A DNA stretch of 64,000 nucleotides from a bacterium (lineage in GTDB: Bacteria; Patescibacteriota; Minisyncoccia; Phycocordibacterales; UBA5272). Shown here piece after piece: positions 53,824-63,185 of this stretch (positions are counted from its first letter, which is position 1; every line of letters begins with the position of its first letter). The notes below the pieces were generated by a model. It made no database searches and had not been told where the DNA came from. It saw only the letters and a program-made list of their open reading frames with translations. The stretch spans positions 1,989 through 65,988 of the forward strand of contig JAHFMX010000005.1 in NCBI GenBank assembly GCA_023267635.1, written 5' to 3'. Both the position numbers and the translations under genes were made by a program.

Positions 53824-54504
53824 TTAGTTCTTTTTAAAAAAAGAGAAAAAAGAATCTATCTGTTCTTTAAGTGCTTTACGAAATGTTTTTTGCTCAGGTT
53901 TGTGATCTTCTACGACCACACTAGCAACACTTTCAGTAGCTTTGAAACTTGCTTGCATGGTTGCAGCAGCCGGTGCCATTGCTGGTGCAACTCGTAACCC
54001 TGCTTTTGCTTCTGGTGCAGCGTCTTTTGTCTCAGCTTCTGTCTTGGCTTCCATTTTCATTTCTGCAACATATGCCTCACGTTTGTCTTTACTTATTTCT
54101 CGACACCCCTTTGTGTTTACTTCAAATGCTAGCCACGCCTCTTTGCGAGCTTTTGTGAGACCGTCTTGTGCTTGTGTTACAGATTTTTTATAACCTTCAA
54201 CCGCTACCTCAACAGCATCTTTCTTATCTCCTGAGTCTTCAATAGCAACTGCTTCTTTTTCAGCATTCTTGCGTGCTTCAAGAGCTATAGACATAGCATT
54301 ATTGTATGCGGTGCGAGCAGAACCAATAGCGCTATCTCTGATTTCGATGGAGCTTTGAGAACACGCTGTCAGTATTTGAGCTTCAGTTGGCTGTTGCCCA
54401 ACACCTATTTGAAGGCTTGTAGTTGCGCTTATTTGAGCACTAGCAAGAAAAGGAATGAGTACCGCGCTGAGTGCGAGAGTGGTGATGAATGTATTCTTTT
54501 TCAT
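53824..54504 (-). CDS. Secreted Ala/Lys/Glu-rich coiled-coil protein
   Basis: Signal peptide MKKNTFITTLALSAVLIPFLASA; heptad-rich; downstream of sigma/anti-sigma pair. Confidence 0.5.
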   Translation of the reverse strand: MKKNTFITTLALSAVLIPFLASAQISATTSLQIGVGQQPTEAQILTACSQSSIEIRDSAIGSARTAYNNAMSIALEARKNAEKEAVAIEDSGDKKDAVEVAVEGYKKSVTQAQDGLTKARKEAWLAFEVNTKGCREISKDKREAYVAEMKMEAKTEAETKDAAPEAKAGLRVAPAMAPAAATMQASFKATESVASVVVEDHKPEQKTFRKALKEQIDSFFSFFKKN

Positions 54505-54529
54505 AATAATTTAGTATAGTATTGTTGAT

Positions 54530-54871
54530 CTATAAAGTATAGTCAGCAAGGATCATTCGCTCATCTTCTGCGTTAAGGTTCTGTTCGAACATTTCAACCT
54601 GTTGATCTACTGCGTAGAAAGGATTAATTGCCAGCTCTCGTGTTTGAAGAGTTGGGTACACGGCAAGTGCAACAAGAAACACTGATGCGAGTTGCGCCAT
54701 AGCAAGCCATCTATAGGGGGATCGTATCGCGCGCCTGTCTTCTAGCTCTTTTTCTTTTATCTCTGGTATTTGATTTAAAATATATACAAGCGTACCTCTA
54801 GACGGCGACACGGTCTCCTTATACATAGCAAGCGCTTGTTCTTCTATTGTGAGTGGTTTGTTGTTATTCAT
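54530..54871 (-). CDS. Putative anti-sigma factor (single-TM)
   Basis: 113 aa, TM WLAMAQLASVFLVALAVY, overlaps 3' end of ECF sigma gene by 8 nt. Confidence 0.45.
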   Translation of the reverse strand: MNNNKPLTIEEQALAMYKETVSPSRGTLVYILNQIPEIKEKELEDRRAIRSPYRWLAMAQLASVFLVALAVYPTLQTRELAINPFYAVDQQVEMFEQNLNAEDERMILADYTL

Positions 54872-55451
54872 GGAGGTGACGGGTGAGCGCTCGTAGTTTT
54901 GTGAGCGCTCGTTCTTTGATCTTTCGTACGGTTGCTTCTTCTTTACGAAGAACTTCTCCGATTTCTTTATGGCTGAGTTCTCCGTAAAAATGCATACGGA
55001 TTACTTCTTCCTCGTCCCCTGTTAGAGATGGAAGGAAAGAGTCAATTGATTCTGAAAGAAGTTTCACATGTGTTTCTTTTACAATATCAACGTGTTCATC
55101 TGGGGTTGTCTCAAAGAGAGATTCGTCAAATGGAACAGGTTTCTTCTTAACACCTTCATTAATAAGAAGGTGTTTGGCGATAGTAAAAAGATATGCAAGT
55201 GGGCTTTTATCTGGTTCGTACCCAGGCAACGCCTGGAAAAACCTTAAAAAAGCTTGCTGGCAAACATCATTTGCTAACTCCGTATCTCTGCAGCGTGTGA
55301 AAACATATCTGTACAGTGGGGTAAACAGTTGTGTGTACACAACGCCAAAAGCCTCAGTATCGCCCTTTTTTGCTGAAAGTATGAGGCTTCTAAGATCTTC
55401 TGTCTCCTCCACACTATCTATAACCGGTTTGTTTGGATTCTGTGACAGCAT
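54864..55451 (-). CDS. ECF-type RNA polymerase sigma-70 factor
   Basis: Region 2 (FTPLYRYVFTRCRDTELANDVCQQAFLRFF) and region 4 HTH (LSHKEIGEVLRKEEATVRKIKERALTKLR). Confidence 0.8.
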   Translation of the reverse strand: MLSQNPNKPVIDSVEETEDLRSLILSAKKGDTEAFGVVYTQLFTPLYRYVFTRCRDTELANDVCQQAFLRFFQALPGYEPDKSPLAYLFTIAKHLLINEGVKKKPVPFDESLFETTPDEHVDIVKETHVKLLSESIDSFLPSLTGDEEEVIRMHFYGELSHKEIGEVLRKEEATVRKIKERALTKLRALTRHLHE

Positions 55452-56562
55452 GTATTCCTGGTAGTGTACCAGATGCTAAAAAATCTAGCATGGCTCCGCC
55501 GCCCAAAGAAACAAAATCAAAGGTTCGAAGAAGGTGTAACGAGTGAGCGACAGACACCGTGTCCCCTCCTCCAATGTATGTTGTTGCGTTCGAAGTACCT
55601 ATTTTCGTGAGCACTTGCTCGGTTCCTGTGAGCCACCCTTTTTCGTAGAGTCCAAGTGGGCCATTTGCGATAATTGTTTTCGCTTCAGCAATAGTTTTTG
55701 AAATCATTTCAACAGTATCTTTCCCGCAGTCTACAACTTTTCCATCATGGGGGATGGAATAGAATGGAACGGTTTCACCGTTCTCAAGCACGACATCTAT
55801 TGGTGTCATGAGAAATGGATGAGCGAGAAATGTTTCAGTGAGTGGTGTTGTCCCATCAAAAAGACTCGTACCAATTTCGACTCCGCGTGCTTTCCAGATA
55901 TCGTGCACCATCGCTCCACCCACGAACACATGTACTCCTTGGTTAAGATATCTTTCAATAAGAGAAAGTTTTGTTTTTATTTTTGCACCACCAATAATAA
56001 GAAGCGCTGGTTTCTGAGGGGTAAGTGCATGAGTTAAATGTTCTAGTTCACGAACAAAAAGCGGACCTAGATATGAAAGAAGATTCTTCGGGATTCCAAC
56101 AACGCTCGCATGTTCTCGGTGTGATACTGAAAAAGCATTATTGATGTACACGTCTCCTAGGGTTGCAAAATTTCGCCCGAGTGACGGAAGGTTGTCTGTC
56201 TCACCTTTCCACATTCGAACATTTTCTAGCAGTATTGCTTCTCCTTCTTTGATGTCGCGTGAAGCTTGTTCGAGTTCATCAAATGAAAGCGATGGAGTGT
56301 AGGTAATAAATGGTACGTGTAATTTAATGTAGGAAAGAATAGGCTCAATGCTTTCACCCTTTTCTCCGAAGTGAGTCATAAGAACCATTTTTACCCCTGC
56401 AAATGAAAGCTTTTTAAGAAATTCAAATGTTACATCTGCTCGACTTGTGTCGCTTACCACACCATCTGTAATGGGCATGTTCCAGTCTAGGCGCACAATA
56501 ACTCGCTTCCCCTTAAGGGAAGAATAATCTTCAATCAAATGTTCTCTCCAGTTTTTTTCCAT
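55414..56562 (-). CDS. pgk: Phosphoglycerate kinase
   Basis: KRVIVRLDWNMP N-terminal motif, GGGDTVSVAH, GGGAMLDFL. Confidence 0.9.
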   Translation of the reverse strand: MEKNWREHLIEDYSSLKGKRVIVRLDWNMPITDGVVSDTSRADVTFEFLKKLSFAGVKMVLMTHFGEKGESIEPILSYIKLHVPFITYTPSLSFDELEQASRDIKEGEAILLENVRMWKGETDNLPSLGRNFATLGDVYINNAFSVSHREHASVVGIPKNLLSYLGPLFVRELEHLTHALTPQKPALLIIGGAKIKTKLSLIERYLNQGVHVFVGGAMVHDIWKARGVEIGTSLFDGTTPLTETFLAHPFLMTPIDVVLENGETVPFYSIPHDGKVVDCGKDTVEMISKTIAEAKTIIANGPLGLYEKGWLTGTEQVLTKIGTSNATTYIGGGDTVSVAHSLHLLRTFDFVSLGGGAMLDFLASGTLPGIHAVTESKQTGYR

Positions 56563-56570
56563 TATGATAC

Positions 56571-57359
56571 TTACTTATTTTTATGACACGAAAGAATAAT
56601 TTCTTCAAACGTCTCTACGTCTTGTGAAGCACGTCCGATGAGTAATCCGTCTACTCCGCCTTCTTCAATAAAACTTTTTGCATTTTCCGTTGTAACTGTT
56701 CCGCCGTACAGAATGTGTACTTTCTTTGCGTATTCAATTCCTGCAAGCGCTGCAAGCGCACGTCTCAAAGCAATTACCACCTCAAAACATTCATGTGTGC
56801 TTGCAGGAGTTTTTCCTCCGATTGCCCACACGGGTTCGTATGCAATAACAAGGTGTTCAAAGAGATCTCTCTTCACCAATGACAATGTTTGTTTTACGTC
56901 TTCTTCTAGTTCAGCTAGATATTTTCCTTGGTTGTCACGAGTGTGTTCGCCAACACAGAGTATTGTGGTGAGTTTACTTTGTAATGAAAGCGCAACTTTG
57001 TGAGCTCGAGCATCAGATGTTTCTCCGCGGGCTCGCACTTCACTGTGTCCAATAATTGCGAAGTCTGCGCCACCTGAAATAATCATTGAAGGAATAGTCT
57101 CCCCTGTTTCTTGTCCGAGACTTACTCCAGATATATTTTGTGACCCAATGTATCCGTGCGTAGCAACGTCTTGTAAGTGTGGTATGAAAATATCTGGAGC
57201 AGCAAGGTAGTAGCTCTTTTTTGGGAGAGTCTTTAGGCTTTTTGTTTTTGCGCTCGCTAATTTCTTATCAAGGGTTTTTACAAACTTTACCGCTTCAACA
57301 AGCGTTGCTGGCGTGGTTTTCCAATTACCAACAAGTAAAGGCACTGTGCGTTTAGTCAT
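56571..57359 (-). CDS. tpiA: Triosephosphate isomerase
   Basis: GNWK, GHSEVRARGETSD, AYEPVWAIGGK, ILYGGTV motifs. Confidence 0.85.
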   Translation of the reverse strand: MTKRTVPLLVGNWKTTPATLVEAVKFVKTLDKKLASAKTKSLKTLPKKSYYLAAPDIFIPHLQDVATHGYIGSQNISGVSLGQETGETIPSMIISGGADFAIIGHSEVRARGETSDARAHKVALSLQSKLTTILCVGEHTRDNQGKYLAELEEDVKQTLSLVKRDLFEHLVIAYEPVWAIGGKTPASTHECFEVVIALRRALAALAGIEYAKKVHILYGGTVTTENAKSFIEEGGVDGLLIGRASQDVETFEEIILSCHKNK

Positions 57360-57504
57360 GTTTGAAAGTATACCATCAAGAAAAGCTATAAATCACTCCA
57401 TCTACTTTGTCGCTACGGAATCTTCTTCAGTCAACGTAGGCTAACTACGTCTCCTTCGGAAAATTCCTAAGCTTCGCGTACCTGAAGCAATTTCTAACTT
57501 TTCT

Positions 57505-57533
57505 GAAAAAGAAAAAGCCGCCCGTGGGCGGCT
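57505..57533 (-). terminator. Rho-independent terminator
   Basis: agccgcccgtgggcggct hairpin with A-run on + strand. Confidence 0.7.
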
Positions 57534-57536
57534 TTG

Positions 57537-58112
57537 TTAGAAATGAACAGGTGACCAATTGCCTGTACTGGGATCTTTTCGATTCAGGAAAATGGTTGGT
57601 ATGTGAAGCGAAATCGAAGAAACTTCACCATCAGGACGCTCCTTTGGGGGAAGTTCCATGATTTTCTCGTAAAAACTGGGCTGCTCTTTCGGTGTCACTG
57701 CGGCTGTTGCGTGCATGAGGAGCGTAAAGCGGTCTGGTGGGTACTTCCACCTTTCTGGTGTGATGCTTACCCGTAAATCCTCGACCACCTCTCGCATGAT
57801 CTCGCTTGGTTCGAGCACTATTGCGCAGGCTCGCCTGTCGCGGTCGAGGTACCGACACTCCTTTGTTCGGACAGTGGCTACGGAGACCCCGTTTTCGAAA
57901 AGTTTGCAAAAACGGAGACCTTTTGCAAAACCTTCAGCGAAGTCTTCGCTTGCAAAAAACGGAGGGATCCAACTAATGTGGTCACCCAGCTTTGGCTCGT
58001 CAAATGAGATTTTGTTGTTGCGGAGTTTTTCGCGCATGCACTCAAGCATGTTTCCGAGGTTTGAATCTTCTCGGATAAGGCTTGCTACGCTGTAGAGGCT
58101 TTCAGTCTTCAT
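57537..58112 (-). CDS. 2H phosphoesterase superfamily protein (LigT/ThpR-like 2'-5' RNA ligase / cyclic phosphodiesterase)
   Basis: Two H-x-T/S-x motifs (DHISW, MHATA) at appropriate spacing in a 191-aa protein; GC-elevated. Confidence 0.45.
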   Translation of the reverse strand: MKTESLYSVASLIREDSNLGNMLECMREKLRNNKISFDEPKLGDHISWIPPFFASEDFAEGFAKGLRFCKLFENGVSVATVRTKECRYLDRDRRACAIVLEPSEIMREVVEDLRVSITPERWKYPPDRFTLLMHATAAVTPKEQPSFYEKIMELPPKERPDGEVSSISLHIPTIFLNRKDPSTGNWSPVHF

Positions 58113-58331
58113 GAAGTTCTCCCTTGTTAATGAACTGATGCTATCCTACTCCTTTTGTATACGAAATAAAACTTGCTTTTCCCTGCGTTTGTTGTATACT
58201 AAAAGGGTTACATTTGGATGTGTGATGAATCAGTTTACGAATCAGTTTCTTGTGAACCAGCCCTAAAAGGCTGGTCAAATTTTTATCAAAAATCGAATAT
58301 CGATTTAGTAATAGCTTAGAAATATATACAT

Positions 58332-59708
58332 ATGTTAGACATTAAAGCGTTGAAGGTTGCTCTCGAGCAGCTCGAACAAGAAAAGAAGATTAGCCATGAA
58401 AAGGTGGTAGACGCAGTAGAGAAGTCTCTTGCGGCAGCGTACCAGAAGGAATACGGAAAGCGCGGACAGATTGTTCGTTGTCAGATTAACTTTGAAACTG
58501 GTGAAACAAGTTTTGAGCAAGTTAAGATCGTTGTTGATGAATCAACAGTTCGTATGCCAGTTGAAGGAGAAGAGGAAGTATATGAACCTATCATCGCAGA
58601 AGGTGAAAGTGTTGACGGACTTCTTCCACGATACAACGAAGAGCGTCACATTCTTCTTGGAACTGCAAAGCTTCTCAAGAAAAACGCGATTCTCGCTGAA
58701 GAAATTGTATTTCCACTGGATAATCAAGATGACTTCGGACGTATTGCTGCGCAAACTGCAAAGCAGGTTATTGTTCAGAAGCTCCGTGAAGCAGAACGTG
58801 AAAGTATTGTTGGAGAATTTACTGATAAAGAAAATACTATCGTATCAGGTGTTGTTCAGCGTGTAGAACGTGGAACAGCATTTATCGACCTTGGACGCAC
58901 AACAGCTATCCTTCCATTTGAAGAACAGATTCCATCAGAACGTCTTCGTCCAGGCGAACGTATTCGTTGTTACCTTTTCTCTATTGAGGAAGGTTTCCGC
59001 GGACTTTCTATTCGTCTCTCACGTACACATCCAAAGTTCTTGATTGAACTCTTTAAGAATGAAAGTGCAGAAATTGCACAAGGTGTTGTTGAAATTGTTG
59101 CTGTTGCTCGTGAACCAGGAAGTCGTTCAAAGATTGCTGTTAAATCAAATGATGAACGAGTAGATCCAATTGGAGCATGTGTTGGACAGCGTGGTGTTCG
59201 AGTATCAGCTATTACTGACGAACTCTCAGGAGAAAAGATTGATGTTATTGAATGGTCTGCAGATACACGTCGCTTTATTGCAACAGCTCTTTCTCCAGCA
59301 AAGGCAGTTTCTATCGAACTTAACGAAGATGAAAAGAAAGCAGTTGTAACAGTAGCTCCAGAAGAGCAATCTCTCGCTATTGGTAAGGGTGGACAGAACG
59401 TTCGCCTCGCTGCAAAGCTCACGGGGTGGAAGATTGATATCGTGTCAGGTGGTGAAATGATTGCAGAAGCTGATGAGGCAGGAATGTTCACAGAAAATCA
59501 GATTGTTGATGAAACTCTTTCAGAAGAAGTAGGAGAAGTAATGGAAGCGTTGAATGTAACCGAGGAAGAGGTTGTTAAAGCAACGGAAGAAGATGTGGTA
59601 ACTGAAGAATCAGTAGTTGATGAAATTATTGCTGACGAAGGAGCTTCAACCACAGAAGGAACAGGGCTTGATAAAGAAGCTGTTGACGCTGCTGAAGAAA
59701 CAAAATAA
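58332..59708 (+). CDS. nusA: Transcription termination/antitermination factor NusA
   Basis: N-terminal domain, S1, two KH domains (GACVGQRGVRVSAI; IGKGGQNVRLAAKLTGWKIDI), acidic C-terminal tail. Confidence 0.9.
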   Translation: MLDIKALKVALEQLEQEKKISHEKVVDAVEKSLAAAYQKEYGKRGQIVRCQINFETGETSFEQVKIVVDESTVRMPVEGEEEVYEPIIAEGESVDGLLPRYNEERHILLGTAKLLKKNAILAEEIVFPLDNQDDFGRIAAQTAKQVIVQKLREAERESIVGEFTDKENTIVSGVVQRVERGTAFIDLGRTTAILPFEEQIPSERLRPGERIRCYLFSIEEGFRGLSIRLSRTHPKFLIELFKNESAEIAQGVVEIVAVAREPGSRSKIAVKSNDERVDPIGACVGQRGVRVSAITDELSGEKIDVIEWSADTRRFIATALSPAKAVSIELNEDEKKAVVTVAPEEQSLAIGKGGQNVRLAAKLTGWKIDIVSGGEMIAEADEAGMFTENQIVDETLSEEVGEVMEALNVTEEEVVKATEEDVVTEESVVDEIIADEGASTTEGTGLDKEAVDAAEETK

Positions 59709-59738
59709 CTTTATTCATTTAACCCCCCCTAATTCACT

Positions 59739-60275
59739 ATGAGTTTAAATTTACTTCACGACATTGCTCCAGGAGACAATGTTCCAAATGAAATAACTGT
59801 TGTTATAGAAATTAATAAAGGTTCTCTTAACAAGTATGAGCTCGACAAAGTTACAGGTCTTATTAAGCTAGACCGCGTCTCTCATACTTCTCAGACATTC
59901 CCATTTGATTATGGATTTGTTCCACAAACACATTGGCATGACGGAGACCCACTGGATGTGATTGTTATTGCAACAGCACCATTAATTCCTGGAATTCTTG
60001 TTGATGTTCGTCCAGTTGGAGTTATGGATATGATTGATTCTGGCGAAAGCGATGCAAAGATTCTTGCGGTTCCCGTTGGAGATCCTCGATTTGGACATGT
60101 CCATGACCTTAAAGATGTTAACCCTCACTTTGTAAAGGAGGTTACGCATTTTTATGAAAATTATAAAAAGCTTCAGAATAAGGAAGTAACAATTCCAACA
60201 GTGCGAGACGCAGCTGCTGCGAGGGAAGTCATTCTCGAAGGAATTGCTCTCTACAAAAAAGAGTTCAATAAATAA
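59739..60275 (+). CDS. ppa: Inorganic pyrophosphatase (family I)
   Basis: DGDPLDVIVI, PGILVDVRPVGVMDMIDSGESDAKILAV signature. Confidence 0.85.
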   Translation: MSLNLLHDIAPGDNVPNEITVVIEINKGSLNKYELDKVTGLIKLDRVSHTSQTFPFDYGFVPQTHWHDGDPLDVIVIATAPLIPGILVDVRPVGVMDMIDSGESDAKILAVPVGDPRFGHVHDLKDVNPHFVKEVTHFYENYKKLQNKEVTIPTVRDAAAAREVILEGIALYKKEFNK

Positions 60276-60299
60276 ATTACACGGTAACGAGAAATCTAT

Positions 60300-61415
60300 A
60301 TGAAAATAACATTAACAAAACTTCCAAAATCTATCGCAGAGCTCAACATTGTTGTTGATGAAACAGAATTTGAAACATATCACCAGAAAGGATTTAAGCG
60401 TGTACAGGAAATGGTAGAAGTGGACGGTTTCCGAAAAGGAAATGCGCCAGAAGATATGATTGTAAAAAAGTATGGCGACATGATCATTCTAGAAGAGATG
60501 GCGAACCTTGCGTTGCGTGATGCATACGTAAAGGCTGTAGATGAACACAAGATCTCCCCTATCACTGAACCAAAAGTGACTATCACAAAACTTGCTAAAG
60601 GAAACCCACTTGAACTTACTATCACAGTGTCCCTTATGCCAGAGGTAGAACTTCCTGCGTACAAGAAGCTTGCTAAGGAATCTATGAAAGATGAAGAAGT
60701 GGTTGTTGTATCTGACAAAGATATTGATGATGTTCTAGAAGAGCTTCGTAAAGGTCGAGCAACACAGCATGATCACGATCACGCTGGGCACGATCATGAT
60801 CATGACCATGATCATGAATCACATGAGGGACATGATCACACTGAAGGTGAAGGGCACGATCACGAAGAAGGAAAGGAAATTGTTCCTGCAGAACTCCCTG
60901 CTCTTGATGATGAATTCGCTCAGAGTTTTGGTCCAGACTTCAAGTCACTTTCTGACCTTAAAACAAAGGTTGAAGAAAATCTTAAGCTTGAAAAAGAACA
61001 GAAAGCTCGTGAGAAGCGACGCACTGCAATTATGGAGAAGCTTGTTGAGGAAACAAAAGTAGATATTCCAGATGCAATCGTTGAAAGTGAACTACAGAAC
61101 ATGCTTGCTCAAATGAAGGCAGACGTAACTCGCTTTGGGGGAACATGGGAAGACTACCTTACTCATACAAAGAAAACAGAAGATGAAATAAAAGCAGATT
61201 GGATAACTGACGCAGTGAAGCGTGCGATGAGTCAGCTTATTTTGCACAAGATTGCAGAAGCTGAAAAGCTTACAGCAACTGATGATGAAATTGAAGTTGA
61301 ACTTGTTCGCCTTCTGACTAAGGTACAAGATGCTGATGAAGAACGTGCTAAGAGCTATTTATACCAAGCTCTTACAAACGAAAAGGTTCTTAAGTTCTTA
61401 GAAGAATCTAAGTAA
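60300..61415 (+). CDS. tig: Trigger factor lacking PPIase domain, with His/Asp-rich insert
   Basis: N-domain VDGFRKGNAPEDMIVKKYG (GFRxGxxP ribosome-binding signature), C-terminal chaperone arm domain; FKBP region replaced by HDHDHAGHDHDHDHDHESHEGHDHTEGEGHDHEEG. Confidence 0.75.
   Translation: MKITLTKLPKSIAELNIVVDETEFETYHQKGFKRVQEMVEVDGFRKGNAPEDMIVKKYGDMIILEEMANLALRDAYVKAVDEHKISPITEPKVTITKLAKGNPLELTITVSLMPEVELPAYKKLAKESMKDEEVVVVSDKDIDDVLEELRKGRATQHDHDHAGHDHDHDHDHESHEGHDHTEGEGHDHEEGKEIVPAELPALDDEFAQSFGPDFKSLSDLKTKVEENLKLEKEQKAREKRRTAIMEKLVEETKVDIPDAIVESELQNMLAQMKADVTRFGGTWEDYLTHTKKTEDEIKADWITDAVKRAMSQLILHKIAEAEKLTATDDEIEVELVRLLTKVQDADEERAKSYLYQALTNEKVLKFLEESK
60768..60866 (+). repeat. Imperfect (CAY-GAY)n codon microsatellite encoding His/Asp tract
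   Basis: catgatcacgatcac...cacgatcatgatcatgaccatgatcat... visible in DNA. Confidence 0.7.
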
Positions 61416-61426
61416 TAGAAAGAGAA

Positions 61427-61462
61427 ACAGAAAAGCGGCACCTGACGGTGCCGCTTTTCTGT
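61427..61462. terminator. Bidirectional rho-independent terminator
   Basis: gcggcacc-tgac-ggtgccgc with flanking A/T runs between tig and doxX. Confidence 0.75.
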
Positions 61463-61481
61463 TGAGTACTACTAGTAGAAA

Positions 61482-61841
61482 CTAGTTGTGACCATTTTTC
61501 CCGCAACGAATTGCAAGCATGATACCACCGATGATGGCGACATTCTTAAGTGCCATAACCATGTTACCTGCCATAGCAAAGTCACGATGAGCGATAAGTG
61601 TTGCTAGTGCTGTAAAAGCAATCAAAGCATATCCTGTTTCACGGATCTTGTATCCCCATGCGAAGGCTAGAGCTACAGGAACTTCAATAATAATAACGAT
61701 GAGTGTTGCAAGCATTGGAGCTGGAATTCCAAGTGATCCAACGTATCCAGCCGTCATGTCAAAGCTCATAAGTTTCTGTACACCCGCTACTACGAAAAGA
61801 AGCGCAATAAGTGAACGAGAGATTGTAGCGTAATTCTTCAT
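61482..61841 (-). CDS. DoxX-family small membrane protein
   Basis: MKNYATISRSLIALLFVVAGVQKL start and 4 TM segments typical of DoxX; ATG at 61841. Confidence 0.55.
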   Translation of the reverse strand: MKNYATISRSLIALLFVVAGVQKLMSFDMTAGYVGSLGIPAPMLATLIVIIIEVPVALAFAWGYKIRETGYALIAFTALATLIAHRDFAMAGNMVMALKNVAIIGGIMLAIRCGKNGHN

Positions 61842-61908
61842 AAAAATAGAAATTATTGTTTGTAATCCCGTTAAACAGGGAATGATATAAGTATACTCCG
61901 TATTTCTC

Positions 61909-62670
61909 TTACGCAAGAGTGTTTGCTTCAGGCAAGGCAAGAAGTGCTGAAAGAAGAGCTATCGCGGCAGTATCTGCTTTCAATACTGTGGTGGTGTGTA
62001 AAAACGGCAGAATCCCAGCAACGCGTGCAAGGTTTTCTTCTTCGGCTGTCCATCCGCCCTCAGGTCCAATCCACAATGTTAAGCCCTTTTCCTTAGATAG
62101 GTCTTTAAATAGACCTTTTTCAGTAATTTTTGTAAGTGATTCACCTGAAAGACTTCCAATAATCGAAATAGATTCTGTGTTTGGAATGCAAAGGCTTTCA
62201 AAAGAAACAATATCAGACAGTATAGGAATAGCCCCTCTCCCCGATTGCTCACATGCCTCAACTACTATTGTGGATAACCTTTCAAAGTTGAGATTCTTTT
62301 TCTCTGATCGAGTGGCGACTACAGGAATAATATGAGTAACACCAAGTTCAGTCGCTTGACGTGCTATTGTTTCAAAGGTATCTTTCTTCACAAGTGCCAT
62401 TACAAGTGTAAGAGGAAAGGTAGGTACAATATTTGGTGAGGAAGTTACGAGAGTAAGCGTTGCGGCTTGCTTTGAAATGGATAGTATTTTGTAGAGAAAA
62501 TCTTTTCCTGGAGTTACGGAAGAAAAAAGAAAGACTTCGTCTCCGCTTGTATAGCGGAAGACGTTTGTCCACTGATGTAATAATTTCTTTTCTACCTCTG
62601 TATCACCAACATTTTCTACAACAATCTCTTCACCAAGGGGTTTGTTAACGTAGAAGCGATGTAATCGCAT
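61909..62670 (-). CDS. rsmE: 16S rRNA (uracil1498-N3)-methyltransferase RsmE
   Basis: MRLHRFYV start (ATG 62670), PUA-like N-domain, C-terminal SPOUT motif LWIGPEGGWTAEE. Confidence 0.75.
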   Translation of the reverse strand: MRLHRFYVNKPLGEEIVVENVGDTEVEKKLLHQWTNVFRYTSGDEVFLFSSVTPGKDFLYKILSISKQAATLTLVTSSPNIVPTFPLTLVMALVKKDTFETIARQATELGVTHIIPVVATRSEKKNLNFERLSTIVVEACEQSGRGAIPILSDIVSFESLCIPNTESISIIGSLSGESLTKITEKGLFKDLSKEKGLTLWIGPEGGWTAEEENLARVAGILPFLHTTTVLKADTAAIALLSALLALPEANTLA

Positions 62671-63044
62671 TACTATGTACTCTACGCAGGTTACAAGGAC
62701 ATTGCAAGGGTATGTAAAAGCCAATATTTATAAGGACGTTTTTAGTATACAAAGTATTAAAGACAGTTATCCACAGGTAGGCTCTTGCATATAAAAGACA
62801 GTGGAGTATTATTAAGGACAGAGCAGTAGTACATACAAACAAGCTTCATCGCGCTTAGCGATTAACAACACTTTGTTTAATGATCTCTGCCTCAGATCTT
62901 TCCCATAGCGGTCCTCATAATCATCACTCGATGAACCGCGCCTCATAAACAGTTTCTGAAAAACCCTTAAGTTTATTAGTTTCTGTTCTCTTTATCAGCT
63001 TTTGGTCTTAGATATTCCATGTAGCTATAAATCTTTTTTAGAAT

Positions 63045-63103
63045 CCCCTGCATTGTGTGCACGAACTCCTTTCGCGCTTACAATGCAGGGGATTTTTTAT
63101 TTC
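63045..63103 (+). terminator. Orphan plus-strand hairpin terminator in 460-bp intergenic region
   Basis: Perfect 12-bp stem cccctgcattgt ... acaatgcagggg with 23-nt loop followed by ATTTTTTATTT; no + strand CDS upstream. Confidence 0.45.
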
Positions 63104-63135
63104 TCAACTTGCTTGAGTATTTTTTATATGAGAGA

Positions 63136-63168
63136 CAAAAAAAGGGCGGATGCATGACGCATCCGCCC
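63136..63168 (-). terminator. Rho-independent terminator
   Basis: gggcggatgc-atga-cgcatccgccc with A-run on + strand, downstream of 63186..63998. Confidence 0.7.
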
Positions 63169-63185
63169 CGTCTACCCTTTTGAGT

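Noticed and set aside
62768-62776. Isolated DnaA box as a second origin
   Set aside because: A single box without a cluster or AT-rich element. oriC is better supported at 24459-24694.
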